NCBI GenBank assembly: GCA_048128005.1
Contig: JBEUKZ010000044.1
Span: 1 to 35,543, forward strand
Origin: Veleropilina oligotropha
Lineage: Eukaryota
Direction: 5' to 3'
Length of the DNA: 35,543 nucleotides
The notes under the pieces are model-generated. The model was not told where the DNA came from. It saw nothing but the letters and a program-made list of their open reading frames with translations, and did not search any database. The position numbers and the translations under genes were made by a program. Of the stretch, positions 11,901-21,952 are shown in pieces (positions within the stretch are counted from its first letter, which is position 1; each line of letters begins with the position of its first letter).

Positions 11901-14900
11901 GTTACAATTTGTGGTTCTTCTTCTAATAATGTGCAACCTTAATTTGTTTTGAGAACCGGCGTGCAGTGTAAAATATATATGATGAATATGAATGTCCACA
12001 GTAGTAAATCGATTTTATGAGCATTTACGGGGTAGAATATGAGTGCTGTAAAAATCAGATTACGCGGTTCTATCCTTCTTAAAGGTTTCAAGAATCAAGA
12101 AGAGTTCCGATGGTCGTCTAGGCTGTTTAACTCATGCATGGTTCTGGTAAATAACGAGTTTAAGATAGACCTTGCTATTTTTCAAGTGACGCTTTGTATA
12201 TCGCATTTTCGTAATGTGTATCTGTCCATGAACGCCATGTCATACGGCAGATTATTTTACTGTAGATATAACTTCCGTGGTATACCTGGCTGCTTTGATC
12301 TTTCTTGTTTCGATTAAAGAAGACTCGAGTGAAATTAGTTTTCTTCGTAATGGCATCGACATGGTCGTTAAAATGCATCTTGTAATCGATTACTCCTAGG
12401 TATTTCCCGGAGTCCTTTTGTTCCAGGTATTGATTATAATGTAATTATTATATTGCGTAGTTCCCGGCATTTACGACCGTGTTCTTGTTGGGTTGTTTTC
12501 AAATACTGTTCTGTATATACGTGATGAGGAAAAGACTTTTACTTATAATTTATGAACTAAACTTTCTTGGAATTCTCGATTTTTTTCCATAATGATCATT
12601 AGTAATTAGCCTAATTTTCCATAAACATCCACGTTTTAGAGTTCATTTTAACATCAATTTCCCAATATTTCAAGAAGAATTTCTCATATACATGGAGCAC
12701 GAGAAAACTTCAAATATCAGAGCTACTTACTAAATCCGAAGCTGCAACTGTAGAGGTCGCATTGGTAGTCGAGTGGATACAACTGTGTGTGAGTCACGCA
12801 CAGGCCAGCTTATCCGTTTACTTGTCTTCACATTGATACCGGCCGAATCGAGTTGATAAGAGTACAAACTCTGAATGCAATGGCTGGACTGCTCTGTCCA
12901 GCGAGAATAGTATAGAGAAAGCTTGGAGAAATGTGGTCAATTGTGAATGATGTCAGATGATACGCTAGTACACTGCTCTGTCCAGAGAGAATAGTATAGA
13001 GAAAGCTTGGAGAAATGTGGTCAATTGTGAATGATGTCAGATGATACGATAGTACGTAGTCCGATAAATCTGCCCCTAATTACAAGCTCGAAATTCTGAC
13101 GGTCGCGTGTATAGGGTCAGATGTCGTCGCTATTAAAAAGGCGAAGGTCTGTAACCCAAATCTAGCGACAGCGATATCGACACCTTTACGTGCCATACGG
13201 CGAATATTTCGATACCCACACATCAATAAACCATTTAACACTCACCTGCCTTTATTGTTCATCAATCCTAGTGATATAAGTCACATTATAAGCTTATATT
13301 GTTACTCGAAACGTGTTAATTAGACGCCATTATCAAACCGACACACAGTCGCATCGACCAATCAGAGTGGCTTCCGGCTGATGCGACTGTGACTGTGTGT
13401 CGGTTTGATAATGGCGTCTAATTAACACGTTTCGAGTAACAATATAAGCTTATAATGTAACTTATATCACTAGGATTGATGAACAATAAAGGCAGGTGAG
13501 TGTTAAATGGTTTATTGATGTGTGGGTATCGAAATATTCGCCGTATGGCACGTAAAGGTGTCGATATCGCTGTCGCTAGATTTGGGTTACAGACCTTCGC
13601 CTTTTTAATAGCGACGACATCTGACCCTATACACGCGACCGTCAGAATTTCGAGCTTGTAATTAGGGGCAGATTTATCGGACTAGATAGTACGCTGCTCT
13701 GTCCAGCGAGAATAGTATAGAGCAAGTTTGGAGAAATGTGGTCAATTGTGAATGATGTCAGATGATACGCTAGTACGCTGCTCTATCCAGCGAGAATAGT
13801 ATAGAGAAATCTTGGAGAAATGTGGCCAATTGTGAATGATGTCAGATGATACACTAGTACGCTGCTCTGTCCAGAGAGAATCAGCTGAAATCCGTGTCGG
13901 GACATTTCTTCATCAATTATTGTCCGTGACTGGTCGGTTTACTTACCTGGGCGATAATCTGAATATCATTATGTCCTTGTATGAACATGAAGCTTAGAAT
14001 ATTATAACAGGACATTAAAAATCTACCCAAACCAAAGCATTATCTGTGTTTTGCTTATGTTCAGTTGCGTACCAGTCGCGTATTTTCCATGCACCATAAT
14101 TCAAGATTATAGTTAGAGCCAACTTCAAACAAGTCTGGATAATATCATGAATGTCTTTTACCACTACTACACTGTAAAAAAACTAGTAGTGAATTAAAAT
14201 ACTTAGGTAGGCTAGTGACTCTTTACCTTAAACAGTAAATTTTATTACATAAAGTAGTGGAAATGGACAGTTCGTTCAGTCACTCCCTGTACATGCACTC
14301 TAAAAAATCGCAACGGAAACATGTTTTACAAAATAACGGAAGTGTGATAACAAAATACGTACGGCACAATTACCATAAACACCAGTATTAAAACGTACGG
14401 CGGCGTTGAGCTGCCATGAAATTTTATTTCTTAATTCGTAATTACGAGTTACTAATTCGTAATTACGAGTTACTAATTCGCAATTGCGAGTTACTAATTC
14501 GTAATTACGAGTTACTAATTCGTAAATACGAATTAGTAACTCGTAATTACGAATTAGTAACTCGTAATTACGAATTAGTAACTCGTAATTACGAGTTACT
14601 AATTCGTATTTACGAATTAGTAACTCGTAATTACGAGTTACTAATTCGCAATTACGAGTTACTAATTCGCAATTACGAATTAGTAACTCGTAATTACGAG
14701 TTACTAATTCGTAATTACGAGTTACTAATTCGTAAATACGAATTAGTAACTCGTAATTACGAGTTAGTAACTCGTAATTACGAATTAATAACTCGCAATT
14801 GCGAATTAGTAACTCGCAATTGCGAATTAGTAACTCGTAATTACGAATTAAGAAATAAAATTTCATGGCAGCTCAACGCCGCGGTAAAAACGGCGTTTGA

Positions 14901-17900
14901 ATGGCGTTTTAATATAATCATTCCAACATGTTAAAGTCTTTTTCTTTCCATGTGGTGCGTTTTCATAAGTAAAAACACCGGTGTTTTATTTTAAAGTAAT
15001 ATACGTCACCATAATCGGCATTGACCTATTTCCGCGCGACGATCGTGCAGGACACATTTTGTAAGTAGGCCTACGGGGAAATTTTGGTTTTTCATGCTTG
15101 TTACGTCACCAATTGACCAATAAATGTCACGTTTTACACACCAGTGTCATTTGCAATTTGTGATTGTCTGCTCTGATATTTATTGCATAATACAAGACGA
15201 TATTTTCAAGCAGGATCTAGAATTTCTTCAAACTTTATTTATTTTATGTCGTTCATACGAAAGCCTGATAGGGACTTCCGACTTCTTATACTTTTTACCT
15301 CTGAGTTATACGTTAGTTATAGAATTAAGAATTTATAAGTGAGAAGGAAGAAGTACGACGTAGTAAGTTAGAAGTAGTAAGGTAGAAGAAAGACTTTAGA
15401 AGAAAGACGTTAGAAGTTATTAGTTCGAAGATAGAAGTAATTAAGACATTAGAAATAATTAAGAAGCTAGAAGTAAGATTATGGTGTACGTGGTTGTTGT
15501 TTTACGACCACTTTTATCAAGTTGACCGACATCGCTGTCAGAAACATTAAAATTAAAATTGGCACCTATTTTCGTACTTGCACGCACATACACGCACAAT
15601 CAAGTTATGTTTAGTTAAGGTTAAAATATAAACGTTAGATAAGTAAGAAGTTAGAAGTAAGAAGTCGGTCGTCCCTATCAGGCTTTCGTATGTTCAAGAT
15701 GCAATACTGGACCTTCTTTTCCGACATTTTGCATTAATGGGGCTACTCAAGAAATAATGACTGGTGAACTTTTCAACGAAATATCATGAAATTTTGTCGA
15801 ATTCAATAACATTTAATGTAAATTGTTTTGGCAAGACATTATCTACCAGAATATATGTTTAATATGATATCTAGGTTTCTAGCTCCCCGAACAGTTGCAA
15901 GTGTTCTGATCGCTTCTGAAATTTAGATGTGCAAGTTGTAATTGTAAATAAGAGACAGCAAAGTAATGACTTAATTAATTATATTTTCGTACTTTGATTG
16001 TTTCAATATTAACACTAGATTAGGCTGCTACTGTATATTTTTTCTATTATTTTCATCCTTCATCTTGATTTTACTGTTATAAAAATATTGGTACGCTTTA
16101 CTGTTAATTTGTTTACTACAATATATTATTACTTAAATGGCACTTCATTATATGTTAATGAAAGAAACATATAACACTTTTCTTTATTAATTACGTTATG
16201 TATAATGTGACAGTGTGTTTTGCAATTAGGAAAAAAATGTTATGCAGAGTTTTCCGCTCGAATATATATGTTATGATTTAAATGACTTATATTTGCATGC
16301 GTTTTCAGACTGAATGTTTAGAAACGTTATGTCTTCATACTTGAAGTAATAGTTTTGTTTATTACAAACCAATTGATATAATCAATGTTTTATTCAGATA
16401 GCCGGATGACTTAACAGAAACTACAATACGAAAGTAAATGGTACAAATATATGTGTCGTATCAAGTGAATTGTTTTTGGACCTGCGTAACAGTATTTTAA
16501 AGTTTTCCAGGCTGTGTTTTATGTACTTACAATAAATCGGCTTAGGTGAATGCATGGAACCCAACATGCCCTTATCATCCATAGGCCGCCTCGGGGGCCG
16601 GGTCTACCGCAATATGGTCGTGCTGGCTCTGCGAGTAATGATTCGGTAACAAATGTCCGTGTGACTTTCCTCCAATAATATGGACTTGTCTCAATATGAC
16701 CATACATATTAAATGGTTAATGAGACAATAGACATCATACACACACTGGAGCCCAGTACCAGTAGTGATTAGATCCCCAAAGTGTTTTTGGAAAAAATAT
16801 GTTTTAACGTTTTTAATTAAAACTCATGATGTTTTTGTATATTCATTACAACATGTTTATATTTTAGACACATTTTTAAACACCCAAACGCGTTTTAGAA
16901 ATAGTCAATAAGCACAAAGTGTTTAAAAAACACCTTGTGTTTATAGATTATTGTCTAAAACGTGTTTCGATATTTTTAAAGTGAGTCCGAACATAAACAT
17001 GTTGTAGTGAATATACAAAAACACCATGAGTTTTATCAAAACAGGCCGCTTCGGCAGCGCAGTGGGTAGAGTGTCCACTCTAAATTCACTGGCTTGATTC
17101 CGCTAATGCGAAAATTAGTGGGTTCAATACTTGGCTGAGGCATTGAAATTTGTTCAAGTTATGAATCACAGTTGTCCGTGACTGACCGAAGAGGGCGGTT
17201 TACCCGGGCGACCGGGGTTTCCTCCCGCGATAACACGGACATGTCCTGCCTTGAACCTCGATGTTGTAAATATACAGGACATTAAGCATCATTCCTCCCT
17301 CCCTCCCTCCCTTATCAAAACAATCAAACACGTTTTTACTATAACGTCTGCGTATGCTGGAAAAACGTATACATGTGTATCTGAAAAACACCCAAACATG
17401 TTTATTTTGAACAAGAAACACTATAACATGTTTTTAAAGTATGCCTGCTTGGTGTTTTTGTGATGTTCAATTTTAAAACACTTTGTGCATGCTGAAATAC
17501 GTTGTGTTTATGAGAAAACACGCAAACATGTTTATTTTGAATAAGAAAACATTATGACATGTTTTTAAAGTGAGTCCGATATGGCGTTTATGTGGTGTTC
17601 AATTTTAAACACTTTGCGTATGCTGAAAAACGTTTAAGTGTTTATGAGAAAAACGCGCAAACATGTATATTTTGAATAAGAACACATTATAACATGTTTT
17701 AAAGTGAGTCCGATATGTGATGTTTAACTTTAAACACTTATTTTTTATAGTGTGAATAGTGAAATTCACTACTTATAGTTGCGTGTTTTCTGAGATGTTG
17801 GATTATTGACAATTATGAACATGCACAGGAAATTAGCAAATAAATCACAAGAGCGTTTTTCATATAATTGAACAGAACGATAAAATGTAACAGATCAACA

Positions 17901-18084
17901 GGATACCAATACATAAAAAACTTTTTCCAATTTTTCGAAAGGAGGCGTATATATAATAAGTATATATGACTGAAAATTGTTTACAAAATGTGGTCGAAAA
18001 ATAAACTGATTCACATCGCTTACCTTCGCCGACAATGGTCTGGCATAAGGCGACAAGGGAGATGAGTGGCCACCCAAAACGCAT
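8691..18084 (-). CDS. Secreted C-type lectin domain + PAN/apple-like domain protein, 244 aa, 5 coding exons: join(18084-18024,11206-11028,10412-10304,9496-9392,8971-8691)
   Basis: All introns GT-AG with matching phases (1,0,1,1); 735 nt; hydrophobic leader MRFGWPLISLVALCQTIVG, CPDGW...CY, LASI, WIGL, C...C...ICK; tail C-x3-C-x5-C-x-SF...C-x-L. Confidence 0.85.
9392..9496 (-). CDS. Lectin gene exon 4: CTLD C-terminal part
   Basis: TTTGTTTCCAG acceptor, G|GTAAAT donor; GAPVNVTGACAALDGQGKMSDTSCGTVTSACICKK. Confidence 0.9.
10304..10412 (-). CDS. Lectin gene exon 3: WIGL region
   Basis: TTTTTCAG acceptor, G|GTAAAT donor; AWIGLYHDNIKWKNSDGTTYNYVLPWAS. Confidence 0.9.
10553..10814 (-). mobile_element. 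Full-length tRNA-derived SINE with 13-bp TSD
   Basis: A box GGCAGCGCAGTGG, B box GGTTCAATACC, central CCGGGCGACCGGGGTTTCCTCCC, (TCC)n tail; TSD CTGCAAATTTCGA at 10540-10552 and 10815-10827. Confidence 0.92.
11028..11206 (-). CDS. Lectin gene exon 2: CTLD N-terminal part
   Basis: ATTTCAG acceptor, ACG|GTCAGT donor; GCPDGWLHSDGLCYLY...CQQECVNVGANLASIWSVEEETFI. Confidence 0.9.
11280..11412 (+). mobile_element. Old SINE relic with Meta/V-like core
   Basis: TGTCAGTG...TGGTTTTCCAGAATATCCGGTTTC resembles the GGTTTTCTCCGGGTACTCCGGTTTC core of Meta/V SINEs. Confidence 0.35.
12060..12430 (-). mobile_element. Degenerate CR1-group LINE ORF2 3' fragment
   Basis: KYLGVI...HFNDHVDAITKK.N...FFNRN and SLFTRTMHELNSL (compare SFFPRTIxEWNSL). 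Confidence 0.55.
12889..13881. repeat. 84-bp minisatellite (~4.2 units) interrupted by the palindromic MITE
   Basis: Units start CTGCTCT at 12889, 12973, 13694, 13778 and 13862. Confidence 0.93.
13057..13684. mobile_element. 628-bp palindromic non-autonomous DNA transposon (MITE), TAG...CTA termini, 9-bp TSD; AcademH- or MULE/foldback-like
   Basis: ~299-bp inverted arms differing by one substitution and one 6-bp indel; ~24-bp spacer; TSD GATAGTACG at 13048-13056 and 13685-13693. Confidence 0.9.
14396..14886. mobile_element. Non-autonomous TIR element, TAC...GTA termini, 6-bp TSD (IS3EU-like), with internal 21-bp array
   Basis: 40-bp TIR TACGGCGGCGTTGAGCTGCCATGAAATTTTATTTCTTAAT (one mismatch); TSD AAAACG at 14390-14395 and 14887-14892. 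Confidence 0.88.
14436..14846. repeat. Array of 20 12-bp palindromes (TCGTAATTACGA) separated by 19 9-bp spacers in either orientation
   Basis: Spacers GTTACTAAT or its reverse complement ATTAGTAAC; 20x12 + 19x9 = 411 bp fits exactly. Confidence 0.95.
15256..15690. mobile_element. Second TAC...GTA MITE with 6-bp TSD (IS3EU-like); degenerate TAGAAG-rich interior
   Basis: TIR TACGAAAGCCTGATAGGGAC..CCGACTTCTTA / TAAGAAGTCGG..GTCCCTATCAGGCTTTCGTA; TSD CGTTCA (15250-15255) / TGTTCA (15691-15696). Confidence 0.85.
16780..17752. repeat. AAACAC/GTGTTT-rich element with internal inverted repeat (16820-16860 / 16993-17034) and three ~130-bp tandem units (~17380-17740); possibly a CACTA-type MITE, interrupted by a SINE
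   Basis: Repeated AAACATGT(T/A)TATTTTGAA(C/T)AAGAA...ACATGTTTT(T)AAAGT; ends TTTTTTATAGTG. Confidence 0.55.
17044..17311 (+). mobile_element. Full-length tRNA-derived SINE with 11-bp TSD
   Basis: Near-identical to the reverse complement of 10553-10814; (TCCC)n tail; TSD TTATCAAAACA at 17033-17043 and 17312-17322. Confidence 0.92.
18024..18084 (-). CDS. Lectin gene exon 1: signal peptide
   Basis: ATG; MRFGWPLISLVALCQTIVGE; strong donor AAG|GTAAGC; phase 1 matches exon 2. Confidence 0.75.
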
Positions 18085-18440
18085 TTCGCACTACGTATTG
18101 TAATAATGTTCGCAGAAACGCACTTCCAGTATAATGGTATCAAGACATTTATTATCGACCACTCATCATTATTGGATTCCTATTATACCTGATATGTTGA
18201 CTTGCAATGTGCAAGTGTTATTGCGATTGATTTGTGTTGGCCAAAGGGTAACTTGCAAGGACTCGAATATTTAATGAATCTAATGACTTTGTTTCCCGAT
18301 CATGAGTATAGATTATTTGGAAAATTTTTCCGAACAGTCGTTGGGCGAGGCACGTTGGCGTTACTGATGCTGATGTATGTGGATAGGTTTGACAGCGTGG
18401 TCGATTTGGATTATAGTACTCGATGATTTGGCATACATTT

Positions 18441-19188
18441 TTATTATTACCCTTCCCTCCGGAGAAGATACGAGGGTATTGTTATAAGGCTCCGCATGTA
18501 GGCATATATGTATGCCTGCGTGCCCATTCACATAACTAAATAAATAGTGATTCGATTTACGTGACATATTTGCACAAGATAGGCTTTATACAAATGCAAC
18601 AAAGGACTATAACTTGGTAACCACTGACAGTAGACAGGCCAAATATTAACACACGATAAGGGAGCATTATCGACTACTGTATAGCAGACATTAGAGCGAA
18701 TTTGAAGCATTCATTTTGCTCCGATTAAAATGTTGCGATAATTGTAATAACTCTTGCTAATACCGTGATATAATGCACACCACTAGTAAGGATACGGTAA
18801 TCTACCAATCCCGATATTTCAAGTAAATCCGTATAGTAACTATTGAATTATTGCGAGTATTGCCAACTTCGACGGAATTTGCAAAGTATCACAAAATATA
18901 TATTAATTAAGCTTAAATAACGGTAAGATATATATGGCGCAATGATACCGCGTTTCCCAGTAATTTTGGAATCAGAGGTTCAAATCTCGATAATTACAAA
19001 ATATTTTTCGATGCTATGTTACGTTTTTATTATTGTAATGCATGATGAATTACAATAATAAACTGAAAATGATCTGAGCCGGAATCATATATCCCTTTGG
19101 GGATTTTCTGCTATAGCGAGTAAACTATTTGTCGTAGATATTGGTCCTTGTCACCGGGGTGAGGTTTTGCAATCTCGGATGACCTTGT
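18441..19188 (+). mobile_element. HINE-like element family B, older copy, immediately upstream of the lectin gene
   Basis: 5' TTACCCT..CCTCCGGAG.AGAT.CGAGGGTATTG, interior and 3' end homologous to the reverse complement of 25591-26676. Confidence 0.65.
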
Positions 19189-19945
19189 ACTCTCATTCTA
19201 TTTATATTATTGCTATCCCAGTAAGTAATAAATTACAGATCCCGCTGAACTTATTTCAGCAATTTTATGAAAACTCCGTTTGAGCTACTGTAGCGAATAC
19301 GATGCGAGTTAAACAGTCAAGACTCATGGGCTCGTTTTCGGCGATTTCCCCTAAATGACGACTTTATTGCTCACCGGATTATATTTCATAATTCAAAATT
19401 AATTGAGCGGACTTAAGATCGACTAACAACATTATTCGCGAAGTCATAAAACATCACACGTATAACGTCTCCAGCTTATTTAAAACGTTAACACCCATGC
19501 TATATAATTTAATATACTGTATGCTGATAGACTGTGGTGTTATAAAGTATGTTGAGGGGAATGTCCAAGAAACTCTCCATTCCTAAAAAATAATGGAGAC
19601 GAGGCCCGGAGGGGCCGAGTAACATTATTTTTAACGAATTGGAGAGTTGCGAAGACATTCCGCAACTTAAAACACAGCCAAAGACCCATTATGAGCCGTT
19701 TCAAGATACAATATGTTGTTAACAATGACGAGGAGCATAATTACGTTCGTGTCAATTGCACCTGCTCGGAAAATTCATGTAAAATCTGACCCGAAATGGA
19801 CGATTCGAAGTGGTCATTTGACCACTAATATTGGAGCTATCTGTTCCATTTTAGCACGTTTTAATCAGTTGAAACATAGACAGCATTGCGTTCGGATGCG
19901 GATATGTCGCTTATGAATTTACTATTATAAGCCATACTTGGGATG

Positions 19946-21093
19946 TTTATGCCCCCACCAATTTATTGGGGGGGGGATTTAGATTTACCCTTGCCCGTCC
20001 GTCCCGTCCCAAAAACCAGTATTTACGTGCAAGTAACTTCATTCTGCTATAACTCCCATCTGCATTTATGGATTAACTTGATACTTCATACGCTTGCTTA
20101 TCATCATTCATACTTCGCTTCTGTGACCAACCCATGTCGCCCTATGGCCAAGGTCAAGGTCAAATGATTTAGCTCTTCGAACCAGTATTTGCGTGCAAGT
20201 AACTCCATTCTGTTATAACTTCCATCTACCTTCATGGACTGACTTGATACTTTGTACACTTGTTTATCATCATTCATACTTCGCTTCTGTGACCCACTCA
20301 TGTCGCCCTATGGTCAAGGTCAAGGTTAAATGACTTAATTAGCTCTTCGGACCAGTATTTGCGTGCAAATAACTCCATTCTGCTGTAACTTCCATCTGCC
20401 TTCATGGATTGACTTGATACTTTGTACACTTGCTTTTCATCATTCATACTTCGCTTCTGTGACCCACTCATGTCGCCCTATGGTCAAGGTCAAGGTTAAA
20501 TGACTTAATTAGCTCTTCGGACCAGTATTTGCGTGCAAATAACTCCATTCTGCTGTAACTTCCATCTGCCTTCATGGATTGACTTGATACTTTGTACACT
20601 TGCTTTTCATCATTCATACTTCGCTTCTGTGACCCACCCATGTCGCCCTATGGCCAAGGTCAAGGTCAAAATGACTTAGCTTTACAGACCAGTATTTACG
20701 TGCAAGTAACTTTATTCTGCTATAACTTCCATCTGCCTTCATGGATTGACTTAATACTTCATACACTTGTTTATCATCAATCATATTTCGCTTCTGTGAC
20801 CCACCCTTGTTGCCCTATGGCCAAGGTCAAGTTCAAATGACTTAGCTCTTCGGACCAGTATTTGCGTGAAAGTAACTCCATTCTGCTGTAACTTCCATCG
20901 GCCATCATGGATTGACTTGATACATCATACACTTGTTTATCATCATTCATACTGCCATTCTGCGACCCATCCACCCATGTCACCCCTATGCCAAAGGTCA
21001 AGGTCAAATGACTTAGCTCTTCTGCAAATTGCTGCCCCTGGGGTCAAGGCTGCCAGTGGGGGCATTCGTGTCCCGTGGCCACATTTCTCGTTT
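19946..21093 (+). mobile_element. Helentron-associated (HINE) non-autonomous element carrying six 166-170-bp tandem repeats
   Basis: T-run start; subTIRs ATGCCCCCA (19949-19957) / TGGGGGCAT (21057-21065); GTCC microsatellite; units at 20016, 20182, 20352, 20522, 20689, 20855; 3' hairpin and CTCGTT end. Confidence 0.85.
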
Positions 21094-21714
21094 AACAATC
21101 CGATGCAAATATACAAATTATGCGTTATCTAAATTAAACAAAGATGTCAATTCAGCTGGATTTTAACATTCTGGAGTTACATTACCGTTTACTGGATGGT
21201 ATTTCACCTTCTGTTCGCAATAAGAAGTGTATGAAAATTAGTGTACATTACCTAAGTGAATGTTTAACAGAGATATCATTTCAGCTGGATGTCAGCATTC
21301 TGGAATTACTTTACGGCATGGTATTTCATACTCTGCTTGTACCACGTGTTTACGACGATACGATTACTTCGGATATCTATTAAATGTGCTTTGCGTAAAA
21401 GATGTTAAACGGTGAAATGACCATCAAGTTATTTCAGCTTGATTTTACATTCTGGATTCACTGCACGGAATTGATATCTGGAGTGGGTTGTAAAGAGGCG
21501 GCGCTTGATAGCGATTAGGCCTACTGACGATTACGTAACTGCTGTCCAGCGTTGTCGTTATACAACCCGCCCCAGATTTCACACCCTATTGTTCACCTAA
21601 CATAGGAAATATAACGCTCCATTCCTGAAAAATAATGGAGAGTTAAAACAAAAGATAAACATGGCGGATGTGTTTTAAACACTTATATTGTGAGTTGCCG
21701 TCAGTCGTCTCCCG

Positions 21715-21952
21715 CTCCGTGTGGTTTCGGTTGTAGACTCTGAAATCGCGGGCTTGATTCCGCCGACACGAACAGTATGGGTTCGAACCTCGGTTAAGAC
21801 ATCGACATTATTTCATCGTTATGAATTACACTTGTCCGTAACAGGTTGGAGAGAGCAGATTTATACGGGCGACCGGGCTTCCTCCCGCGACAATATGGAC
21901 ACGTCCTGCTTTGATCCAAATGGTTGTAAATATACAGGGTATTAAGTATCCA
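21715..21952 (+). mobile_element. Older copy of the tRNA-derived SINE
   Basis: GGCTTGATTCCGC, GGGTTCGAACC B box, CGGGCGACCGGGCTTCCTCCCGCGA core, GTTGTAAATATACAGG near the 3' end. Confidence 0.8.

Noticed and set aside
14300..14934. 172-aa and 188-aa ORFs of RNYELLI/RNYELVT heptads on both strands
   Set aside because: By-product of a stop-free 21-bp palindromic array inside a TIR/TSD-bounded element; no sign of a real coding gene
19943..21132. Several 65-88-aa ORFs
   Set aside because: Arise from the 167-bp tandem repeat units
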